A stretch of 25,187 bases of DNA from a virus. Its lineage: Duplodnaviria; Caudoviricetes. The translations under genes were made by a program, and so were the position numbers. Below, in pieces: positions 8,444-15,696 of this stretch. Every line of letters starts with the position of its first letter. Position 1 is the first letter of the stretch. Location: IMG/VR virus record IMGVR_UViG_3300020042_004724, positions 1-25,187 of that record. One strand, written 5' to 3'. Under the pieces are notes generated by a model, which saw only the letters and a program-made list of their open reading frames with translations, was not told the DNA's origin and made no database searches.

Positions 8444-8986
8444 ATGGCACGCACTACGTTTCAAGGCCCAATTCGTTCTTTGGGCGGCATCTACCAGCAA
8501 GGCCCAGCCTCTGTTGTAGAAATTACCACTAGTACCACTTTGAGTCCTGAAGCTCACGGCGGTCGTATCATTTCTGTCGGTGGCTCTTTGGCCGCTGCAC
8601 TCACATTGACGCTCCCCACAATCAATGTTTCGACCAACCCGACCACGTCTGGCCCCGGTCAAGACCCCAATACACTGAACAACGAAGGCGTTGTTTACAC
8701 AATCTGGGTTCCTACTACCATCTCTACAAGCTCTTTGAAGATTGCTACTGACGGTACTGACAAGTACATTGGCTCAATCACTATGAACGACGTTGACGCA
8801 GACGGCGCTGCATTGGTTGGTTTCTTTGCCGCTGCCGCAAACGACTTTATTAACTTAAACGGCACTACCACTGGCGGTGTTGCTGGCTCATGGGTACAGA
8901 TTGTTGCTGTTGCTGCTCTGAAGTACATGGTCAACGGCACAGTGCTTGGTACGGGCACTGTTGCAACCCCGTTTGCCAACTCTTAA
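8444..8986 (+). CDS. putative virion structural protein (minor capsid/head fibre-like)
   Basis: AAGGA SD; N-terminal 'MARTTFQGPIRS'; T/G/A-rich beta protein; highly-expressed codon bias; own terminator. Confidence 0.7.
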   Translation: MARTTFQGPIRSLGGIYQQGPASVVEITTSTTLSPEAHGGRIISVGGSLAAALTLTLPTINVSTNPTTSGPGQDPNTLNNEGVVYTIWVPTTISTSSLKIATDGTDKYIGSITMNDVDADGAALVGFFAAAANDFINLNGTTTGGVAGSWVQIVAVAALKYMVNGTVLGTGTVATPFANS

Positions 8987-8996
8987 TCAACTCAAT

Positions 8997-9015
8997 GGGG
9001 CTTTGGCCCCTTTTT
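8997..9015 (+). terminator. intrinsic terminator
   Basis: GGGGC-TTTG-GCCCC followed by TTTTT. Confidence 0.75.
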
Positions 9016-9029
9016 AAAGGAGATTGATT

Positions 9030-9536
9030 ATGAATCAGACCGATGTAAAGCAAGCACACCTAAACGGTAGCGGCTTTATGGTAATGGGGCGCAACCGTAT
9101 CAAAGGCATCTCTTTTACCGGCACAGCAACCGCAGGTTTTGTGGCATTGTTTGATACGGTAACTGCACCTGTAACAACGGGAACCTACGGGCGTGTAGGC
9201 ACACTGGTAACAGTAACGCAAGCGGCACACGGCTTTACAACCGGGGACGTGGTTGGTATTGACTTCGCTGCTGGTACGGGCGGTACGGCCACAAACGGTA
9301 ACTACGCCGTTACTGTATTGACATCAAGCACGTTCACCATCACAGACATCAACTCTGGCAGTATCACTGCGGGCGCATCAGCGGTGTATTCAAATCGCTG
9401 GTTGATGACCTATGATGTGGCGGCTTCGGATACTTATAACAACGCGCCAATCATTCCCCAGAACGGCGTGTTAGTAGTCAACGGCATTTATGCCTACATG
9501 TCTAACGTAACTTCGTGCAACATTTACTATGGCTAA
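9030..9536 (+). CDS. putative virion protein with an inserted beta domain (E1-FCCH-like)
   Basis: AAGGAG SD favours ATG 9030 over TTG 9024. Central 'VTVTQAAHGFTTGDVV...NGNYAVTVLTSSTFT' pattern; ends in IYYG. Confidence 0.65.
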   Translation: MNQTDVKQAHLNGSGFMVMGRNRIKGISFTGTATAGFVALFDTVTAPVTTGTYGRVGTLVTVTQAAHGFTTGDVVGIDFAAGTGGTATNGNYAVTVLTSSTFTITDINSGSITAGASAVYSNRWLMTYDVAASDTYNNAPIIPQNGVLVVNGIYAYMSNVTSCNIYYG

Positions 9537-9774
9537 ATCACCCGCATGGACACGCAAGGAAGGCAAGAACCCCAAAGGCGGACTCAACGCCAAGGGCCGA
9601 GCCTCTGCGAAAAAACAAGGTATGAACCTGAAGCCTCCTCAACCCGAGGGCGGCAGCAGGCGCGACTCTTTTTGCGCCCGTATGGAGGGGATGAAGAAAA
9701 AGCTGACCAGCCCCAAGACGGCCAAAGACCCGGATTCACGGATTAACAAAAGCCTGCGGGCTTGGAAGTGCTGA
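9529..9774 (+). CDS. small basic protein (DUF6321-like)
   Basis: Lys/Arg-rich; 'AWTRKEGKNPKGGLNAKGR', 'SFCARM', C-terminal 'SLRAWKC'. Family assignment is from memory. Confidence 0.7.
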   Translation: MAKSPAWTRKEGKNPKGGLNAKGRASAKKQGMNLKPPQPEGGSRRDSFCARMEGMKKKLTSPKTAKDPDSRINKSLRAWKC

Positions 9775-9775
9775 C

Positions 9776-9994
9776 ATGAACCACGACGTAAAAACAATGA
9801 CTGATGGCGCTGCCGTAGTAATGGGCCTTGGGGGCTTCTTAGGATGGATGACTCCCGTGGTAACGCTCATTGGCGGCGTGTTGACCATCGTATGGATGGT
9901 TATCCGCATCTGGGAAACTGATACCGTACAGCGGTGGGCATATCAAGATTTTGCCAACCGCAAGAAAGGCGTCGATGAAGACAAAAAGATTTAA
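9776..9994 (+). CDS. small membrane protein, holin-like
   Basis: 72 aa; hydrophobic stretch AAVVMGLGGFLGWMTPVVTLIGGVLTIVWMVIRIW, then a charged C-terminus. Confidence 0.55.
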   Translation: MNHDVKTMTDGAAVVMGLGGFLGWMTPVVTLIGGVLTIVWMVIRIWETDTVQRWAYQDFANRKKGVDEDKKI

Positions 9995-10292
9995 CGTTGG
10001 TGGGCTGACTGGGCTTGGTAATTCCGGCGGGGCGCAAGGCGCTATGGACCAAATGGGCCAGTCTTTGGAGCAGATTAACCAAGCCGTGAATGGCAACCAA
10101 GGGTCGTCCTTTGGGTTTAGCCCCAACGCCAACTCCAACGCTGCGCCTACTCCCGGCCTGCCGTCGGCATCTGATTCCATAGCCAAGTTAACCCCATCCA
10201 AGACCTTCAAAAAGGGCGGCAAGGTGGCTGGAGCGTCCAAGCGCGGCGATGGCATTGCCCAACGCGGGAAGACTCGTGGAAAATACATGTAA
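9975..10292 (+). CDS. small low-complexity basic protein with GG motifs
   Basis: ATG 9975 preceded by AAAGG; contains FNVGGL, FKKGGKV and C-terminal 'SKRGDGIAQRGKTRGK'. Confidence 0.65.
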   Translation: MKTKRFNVGGLTGLGNSGGAQGAMDQMGQSLEQINQAVNGNQGSSFGFSPNANSNAAPTPGLPSASDSIAKLTPSKTFKKGGKVAGASKRGDGIAQRGKTRGKYM

Positions 10293-10630
10293 TGCCAAGC
10301 ACGAGCAAAAAGCAGCACAAGTTCATGGAGGCGGTGGCGCACAGCCCATCGTTTGCCAAGAAAGTGGGAGTCCCACAGTCTGTGGGTCAAGATTTTTCCA
10401 ACGCGGACAAGAGCCGCAAATTTTCAAAAGGTGGCAATATGGCAGGCAAAATGAACCCCGGTTTCATGGCAATGATCGCCAAGAAAAAAGCAGGCGCTAA
10501 AGACGCTATGCCGATGAAAGAAGGCGGCGGCGTCAAGGCTTCGTCTATGGGCGCAGTTCGTACCGCAGCCCCCAGCCGCGACGGTGTTGCCATGAAAGGC
10601 AAGACCAAGGGCAAGCAGATCAAGATGTAA
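10292..10630 (+). CDS. small basic protein with GG motifs
   Basis: TAATG coupling; FSKGGNM, MKEGGGV, C-terminal 'SRDGVAMKGKTKGKQIKM'. Confidence 0.75.
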   Translation: MPSTSKKQHKFMEAVAHSPSFAKKVGVPQSVGQDFSNADKSRKFSKGGNMAGKMNPGFMAMIAKKKAGAKDAMPMKEGGGVKASSMGAVRTAAPSRDGVAMKGKTKGKQIKM

Positions 10631-10640
10631 GGACCTCAGT

Positions 10641-10916
10641 ATGAGAGCCAGCCGGGGGATGGGGGCTATTCTGCCCTCCAAAATGCCCCGTGCCGTGAAG
10701 AAGGCACGTCGGGATGACACTGACTTTACCGAGTACGCTGAAGGCGGAGAGGTGAATGCGGCTGGGAATTACACTAAGCCGGACATGCGCAAACGAATTG
10801 TGGCCCAGGTAAAAGCTGCGGCAACTCACGGCACGGGCGCAGGCCAATGGTCGGCCCGTAAGGCACAACTTGTCGCTAAGAAGTACAAAGCGGCTGGCGG
10901 GGGATACAGAGATTGA
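10641..10916 (+). CDS. small basic protein (N-terminal half of a DUF5872-like domain)
   Basis: AAGGA SD; YAEGGEV, then 'NYTKP..RKRI...GQWSARKAQLVAKKYKAAGGGY'. Confidence 0.75.
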   Translation: MRASRGMGAILPSKMPRAVKKARRDDTDFTEYAEGGEVNAAGNYTKPDMRKRIVAQVKAAATHGTGAGQWSARKAQLVAKKYKAAGGGYRD

Positions 10917-11146
10917 AAGCACCGCAGACTTCCCTGAAAAATTGGGGCGACCAGAAATGGCGTACCAAGTCGGGGAAGCCTTCGTCAAAAACAGGCGAGA
11001 GATATCTCCCTGAGGCGGCAATCAAGTCTTTGTCTCCCGCCGAGTACGCAGCAACCACCAAGGCCAAGCGTGCGGGCAAGGCAGCCGGTAAACAGTTTGT
11101 GGCGCAGCCCAAAACCATTGCAAAGAAAACGGCAGGATTTAGATGA
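10913..11146 (+). CDS. small basic protein (C-terminal half of a DUF5872-like domain)
   Basis: TTGA overlap with the upstream stop; 'QTSLKNW..QKWRTKSG...RYLPEAA...GKQFVAQP'. Confidence 0.75.
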   Translation: MKAPQTSLKNWGDQKWRTKSGKPSSKTGERYLPEAAIKSLSPAEYAATTKAKRAGKAAGKQFVAQPKTIAKKTAGFR

Positions 11147-11856
11147 CCACTTCCGGCACCACCGCCTTCAACATGAACTTCACGGAGATTGCCGAGGAAG
11201 CATGGGAGCGTGCGGGCCGCGAAATGCGCTCTGGCTATGATCTGAAGACCGCTCGGCGATCCATGAACCTGATGACCATCGAGTGGCAAAACCGTGGTAT
11301 CAACATGTGGACCATCGAAGAGGGCTACATCAACATGGTGCAGGGCACGTCCACATACGTCCTCCCCGCCGATACCATTGACATCATGGAGCATGTGATT
11401 CGCACGGGTCAGGGGGATGTGTCCACGCAAGCCGACTTGTCCATCACGCGTATTAGTGTTTCTACTTACGCCACCATTCCTAACAAGCTTCAACAATCCC
11501 GACCAATTCAGGTTTGGGTGCAACGCTTGCGCGACGCCCCCCAGATAACTGTATGGCCAGTGCCTGACCAGGGTACCGCTGGGAGCCCCTATTACGTGTT
11601 TCGTTACTGGCGCTTGCGTCGTGTCCAGGATGCAGGCGCTGGCGTGGAGACCCCCGATGTGGTGTTTCGCTTCCTGCCCTGTGTTGTGGCGGGCTTGGCA
11701 TATCACATCGCCATGAAGAATCCTGACTTGATGTCCCGCGTAGAGATGCTTAAAAGAGCTTACGACGAGCAGTTTGACTTGGCGGCAGGGGAAGACCGCG
11801 AGAAGGCGGCAATTCGCTTTGTGCCCCGTCAGATGTTCATTGGCGGGGGTACATAA
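11143..11856 (+). CDS. head-to-tail adaptor / tail tubular-like protein (P22 gp4-like)
   Basis: ATGA coupling; 'EIAEEAWERAG', 'ARRSMNLMTIEW', 'GTSTYVLPAD', 'VWPVPD', 'GLAYHIA'. Confidence 0.65.
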   Translation: MTTSGTTAFNMNFTEIAEEAWERAGREMRSGYDLKTARRSMNLMTIEWQNRGINMWTIEEGYINMVQGTSTYVLPADTIDIMEHVIRTGQGDVSTQADLSITRISVSTYATIPNKLQQSRPIQVWVQRLRDAPQITVWPVPDQGTAGSPYYVFRYWRLRRVQDAGAGVETPDVVFRFLPCVVAGLAYHIAMKNPDLMSRVEMLKRAYDEQFDLAAGEDREKAAIRFVPRQMFIGGGT

Positions 11857-12245
11857 TGAGTAACCGGTTTGCGTCTGGCAAAAACAGTATTGCGCAGTGC
11901 GATCGGTGTGGCCAGCGGTACAAGCTCAAGAAGCTCAAGTTTGAGGTCATCAAGACCAAGCAGTACAAGCTCAATGTTTGCCCCGAGTGCTGGGACCCCG
12001 ATCAACCTCAGTTGCTGTTGGGAATGTTTCCTGTAGATGATCCCCAGGCGGTGCGCAACCCAAGGCCCGATAATACGTATTACCAGTCAGGCACTACGTC
12101 AACCGGGTCGATCGGCGGCGGTAGCAGGGTCATTCAGTGGGGGTGGAACCCAGTTGGCGGGTCTCGAAGTTTTGATAGTGCGTTGACGCCAAACTACTTG
12201 GCTTTGTCAACGGGAATTGGTACAGTCACAGCAAACGTAATCTAG
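11856..12245 (+). CDS. hypothetical protein with two CxxC motifs (putative Zn binding)
   Basis: CDRC ... CPEC followed by WDPDQPQL and DPQAVRNPRPD; TAATG coupling. Confidence 0.75.
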   Translation: MSNRFASGKNSIAQCDRCGQRYKLKKLKFEVIKTKQYKLNVCPECWDPDQPQLLLGMFPVDDPQAVRNPRPDNTYYQSGTTSTGSIGGGSRVIQWGWNPVGGSRSFDSALTPNYLALSTGIGTVTANVI

Positions 12246-12253
12246 GAGCAGAC

Positions 12254-12445
12254 ATGGACAAGAAAGACACAGCACAAGACAAGGCTATGATTAAAAAAGC
12301 CTTTTCACAGCACGACGCCCAAAAACACAAAGGTGGCAAAGGTACTGCTTTGAAACTCAAAAAAGGCGGCCCCACCAGCATGGACCGCAAAACATACGGC
12401 AAGAATTTGTCTCGCGCTATGAACCAGAAATCTGGGAGCAAATAA
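12254..12445 (+). CDS. small basic protein with GG motif
   Basis: AGGAG SD; 63 aa, Lys-rich; LKKGGPT. Confidence 0.75.
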   Translation: MDKKDTAQDKAMIKKAFSQHDAQKHKGGKGTALKLKKGGPTSMDRKTYGKNLSRAMNQKSGSK

Positions 12446-12708
12446 TGGCTAAATTCAGCAAAAAGGTAATGGGCAAAGAAGTTGGCGATGCCAGCGTCTA
12501 CGCCAAGCCCCACACCATGGACGGCAAGCCAATGCGTATTTCTGAGAACCCCGGCAGTGGCCCAAACCGCAGCCGCGCAGACACGGTCAACATGTCGGTG
12601 GGCAACATCAGCAAGTCTGATGGCGGCGCAACCAAAACCAGCGGCATCAAAATGCGTGGTACTGGCGCAGCCACCAAAGGTGTGATGTCAAGAGGCCCGA
12701 TGGCATGA
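12445..12708 (+). CDS. small basic protein
   Basis: TAATG and ATGA couplings; C-terminal 'GIKMRGTGAATKGVMSRGPMA'. Confidence 0.75.
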   Translation: MAKFSKKVMGKEVGDASVYAKPHTMDGKPMRISENPGSGPNRSRADTVNMSVGNISKSDGGATKTSGIKMRGTGAATKGVMSRGPMA

Positions 12709-13604
12709 AGTACGCGGAGCTAGTCACAGCAGTTCAGGACTACACGGAGAACACATTTCCGACGATAGACCTGAACACAATGATTCGGGTAACTGAGCAG
12801 AATATTTATAACACTGTTCAGTTGGCAAACCTGCGTAAAAATGTGACCGGCACGTTCTCAACCACAAGCGAGTATCTAGCGGTGCCCAGCGACTTCCTGT
12901 CCATCTATTCGTTGGCAGTTGTAGTAGGCGGGGTGTACTCCTACTTGTTGAGCAAAGACGTGGATTTTATCCGCGAGGCGTACCCTAACCCAACAGTCAA
13001 AGGCGTGCCACAACACTTCGCTTTGTTTGGAACCCGCTCTAACGCAGTCAATGACTTAACCTTCATTGTTGGCCCAACGGCCACTGCGGCGTATACCGCC
13101 GAGATGCACTATTACTACTACCCCGAGTCGATTATTCAGCGGGCCATTGGTAGCTTGGGCACAATTGTTCCTGGGTCTGGCTATGCCAACCGGTTTTACT
13201 TTAATGTGCCGCTTACGGGGTCGTCCTCGGGCGTGGGCGCTACGGCCAATGTCCAGGTCACAGGTGGCGCAGTGGTGGCGGTCACCATCGTCAACCCCGG
13301 GTGTTATTACGCAGTTGGCGAGACGCTGACTGGTGTGCTTGGTAGCACTGGGTCCGGATTCTCCGTGCCGGTGTTGACTGTTACCAATGAGAACGGCGAG
13401 ACTTGGGTGGGCGAGCACTTTGATGCAGCGTTGCTCAACGGCACTTTGATTGAGGCCATTCGCTATATGAAGGGCGAAAAGGACTTGGTTGATCTGTACC
13501 AGACGCAGTATTTGCAATCCATTGCACTGCTCAAGAACTTGGGTGACGGCAAGCAAGAGGCTGACACATATCGTGATGGCATGCCAAGAGTTAAGGTGTC
13601 CTAA
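12705..13604 (+). CDS. second adaptor/tail tubular-like protein with an inserted beta-rich domain
   Basis: 'YAELVTAVQDY', 'YLAVPSDFL', 'GVPQHFA', 'FIVGPT', 'ALLNGTLIEA'; ~85-aa G/V/T-rich insert. Confidence 0.6.
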   Translation: MKYAELVTAVQDYTENTFPTIDLNTMIRVTEQNIYNTVQLANLRKNVTGTFSTTSEYLAVPSDFLSIYSLAVVVGGVYSYLLSKDVDFIREAYPNPTVKGVPQHFALFGTRSNAVNDLTFIVGPTATAAYTAEMHYYYYPESIIQRAIGSLGTIVPGSGYANRFYFNVPLTGSSSGVGATANVQVTGGAVVAVTIVNPGCYYAVGETLTGVLGSTGSGFSVPVLTVTNENGETWVGEHFDAALLNGTLIEAIRYMKGEKDLVDLYQTQYLQSIALLKNLGDGKQEADTYRDGMPRVKVS

Positions 13605-13607
13605 TCC

Positions 13608-14060
13608 ATGGCAATCTCACAAACCGCAACCACCAGTTTTAAAGTTGAACTGCTCCAAGCAGTCCACAACTTTGGCCCCACGTCGCCCAACACGTTCTAC
13701 ATTGCGCTGTATACCTCGGCAGCTAACATTGGCCCGAGCACTACGGTGTACACCACGTCCAATGAAGTGTCGTCTGTTGGTACGGGCTACGCGGCTGGGG
13801 GTAAGGTGTTGACAATCAGCACTTCCCCGACCTCTGGCACAAACACCAGCGGAACCACTACGGCATACATCTCGTTCGCCACAGTGACATGGCCCAATGC
13901 GAGCTTCACCGTGCGCGGAGCGCTGATTTACAACGTGACTCAAGGTAGCAAGTCTGTTGCGGTGCTGGACTTTGGGTCCGACAAAGTTTTGAATGACGAC
14001 ACCTTGCAGGTAATCTTCCCCACCCCCGATGCCAACAGCGCCATCGTGCGGATCACATAA
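13608..14060 (+). CDS. putative virion (tail) structural protein
   Basis: 'SFKVELL', 'FYIALYTS', 'GTGYAAGG', 'RGALIYN', 'VAVLDFG'; T/S-rich. Confidence 0.7.
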   Translation: MAISQTATTSFKVELLQAVHNFGPTSPNTFYIALYTSAANIGPSTTVYTTSNEVSSVGTGYAAGGKVLTISTSPTSGTNTSGTTTAYISFATVTWPNASFTVRGALIYNVTQGSKSVAVLDFGSDKVLNDDTLQVIFPTPDANSAIVRIT

Positions 14061-14071
14061 CAGGAGTTTTT

Positions 14072-14647
14072 ATGAACAAGCCCGAAACCAGTATTGCCCA
14101 AGATGTTGTCTCCGCCGGATTGGTGACCCACAGAACCGCTACTGAGCAGGTGGGCGCGGGCGGCGTGTATACCGTCGAGTGCGTGGCACCGGACGGCACC
14201 GTCAAGTGGACGGATACCTTCCTCAACTTGGTGATGAACGAAGGCGTTCAGTACATGAACACCCAGACGTTCAAAGGCGCTGCTTATACCGCCGCTTGGT
14301 ATCTGGGCTTGGTGACTGGCCCTGGGTCCGGCACTACCTTTGCTGCTGGGGACACCCTTGTTACTCATGCGGGCTGGACTGAGAGCGCTGCGTATGCTGG
14401 GTCCCGCAAGGCGGTGACTTTTGGCACGGCAACCACGGCCAACCCATCTGTTATTTCCAACTCCGCATCCCCCGCTTCGTTTGTGATGAACGCAACGGTC
14501 ACCATTGCCGGGGCTTTCTTGACCAACGTGTCAAGCGGCACCTCAGGCGTCTTGTTTTCCGCAGGTGACTTCACTGGCGGCGACAAGTTTGTGGACAGCG
14601 GCGACACTCTGAATGTGACCTACACTTTCTCGCTGACCGCCACTTAA
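14072..14647 (+). CDS. putative virion (tail) structural protein
   Basis: AGGAG SD; 'NLVMNEG', 'WYLGLV', 'GDTLNVTYT'; beta-rich. Confidence 0.7.
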   Translation: MNKPETSIAQDVVSAGLVTHRTATEQVGAGGVYTVECVAPDGTVKWTDTFLNLVMNEGVQYMNTQTFKGAAYTAAWYLGLVTGPGSGTTFAAGDTLVTHAGWTESAAYAGSRKAVTFGTATTANPSVISNSASPASFVMNATVTIAGAFLTNVSSGTSGVLFSAGDFTGGDKFVDSGDTLNVTYTFSLTAT

Positions 14648-14658
14648 TAGGGGGTTAG

Positions 14659-15687
14659 GTGTTTGGAATATCCGCATTCGCCCAGGCTCCATTTGCATCT
14701 TTAGGTAAGACGAGCGTCATTGTTGACGTATCGCTGGCTGAGGCTGCAAATGCGGTATCGGCGTATTTGTCGCGGGCCGATTTTGTTGCTACGGATGCGG
14801 AGACCGGCACTGCGGCTGAGGTGGTCAACACCGTCAACAACATCTTCAACCCGGTGGTGGCGGAGACCGCAAGCAGCTTAGGTGTGTTTGCCAGCCTCGC
14901 CAGCTTTGCTCCTACCATTGACGAAGCTGCATCCGTAGGAAATACCTTCACCGCGCAAGCTGACTTTGTAGCCACCAACGCCGAAGCAGCGCAGGCTACA
15001 AGTGCACAGACAGCCCAAGCTGACTTTTTAGCCGCAGTTGCCGAAACCGCCTCAGGGGCAGGCGTGTCCACCAGCGTTGCTACATTTGTAGCGTCAATAC
15101 TCAGTACCGCGTCTGGGGCCGGGGTTTCAACCGCTCAACTTCTCTTGGGCGCAAGCATTTCAGAGGCGGCGTCGTCGCAAGCCGCTGTAGTGGGGCTGGC
15201 TACATTTGCAACCAACATAGCTGAGCTTGCTCAAGCAGCAGAGTTCTCTTCCAGCCAAGTTGCGTTTCAAGCCGCGCTTTTAGAAGCGGCGTCGGGGGCG
15301 TCGGCCAGTTCAGGCGCTATTGTTTTTGCGGTCTCAATATCGGAGCAAGCGTCCGGCGCGTCTGCGCAAACTGTGACTGCGGTGCTTAACAGCACGGTTG
15401 CGGAAGCGGCCACGGCCTTGTCGGCTTTGACGGCGTTGCGGTACGCCAATGTGTATCTCACCGGGGTCCAAATTTACGTTCAGATTGGCAATGCGCTGGT
15501 CTGGGGGAAAATACAAGACGGCGGCGCAGTAAACTGGCAAAATGTGCCTACGGCGCTCTCAGCATCTTGGACAGGGGTTACAACCGGATCAGACGTGGCT
15601 TGGACAGCGACTGCAAGCGTTTCGGCCCCCACTTGGGACCCGATCGTGGTACCCCAAGCACCAGACTGGGACAACATCCCATCGTAA
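14659..15687 (+). CDS. Ala-rich repeat protein, putative fibre/shaft component
   Basis: GTG start after GGGGG; N-terminal 'MFGISAFAQAPFASLG'; ~11 20-aa repeats; six Trp at 11-aa spacing at the C-terminus. Confidence 0.7.
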   Translation: MFGISAFAQAPFASLGKTSVIVDVSLAEAANAVSAYLSRADFVATDAETGTAAEVVNTVNNIFNPVVAETASSLGVFASLASFAPTIDEAASVGNTFTAQADFVATNAEAAQATSAQTAQADFLAAVAETASGAGVSTSVATFVASILSTASGAGVSTAQLLLGASISEAASSQAAVVGLATFATNIAELAQAAEFSSSQVAFQAALLEAASGASASSGAIVFAVSISEQASGASAQTVTAVLNSTVAEAATALSALTALRYANVYLTGVQIYVQIGNALVWGKIQDGGAVNWQNVPTALSASWTGVTTGSDVAWTATASVSAPTWDPIVVPQAPDWDNIPS

Positions 15688-15696
15688 GGAAATGAC

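Noticed and set aside
7429-8454. 341-aa antisense ORF over the capsid gene (also 3194-3889, 3974-4723, 4967-5797, 6894-7490, 10876-11706)
   Set aside because: Shadow ORFs expected from the codon bias of the + strand genes; no recognisable motifs.
9951-9974. TTG start at 9951 from the ORF track (also TTG 9024 and TTG 24485)
   Set aside because: Better SD-supported starts exist at 9975, 9030 and 24323 respectively.
14659-15687. Tail tape measure protein
   Set aside because: Too short and lacks typical TMP features, and the surrounding genes look podovirus-like. Retained as a repeat/ruler-like fibre protein.
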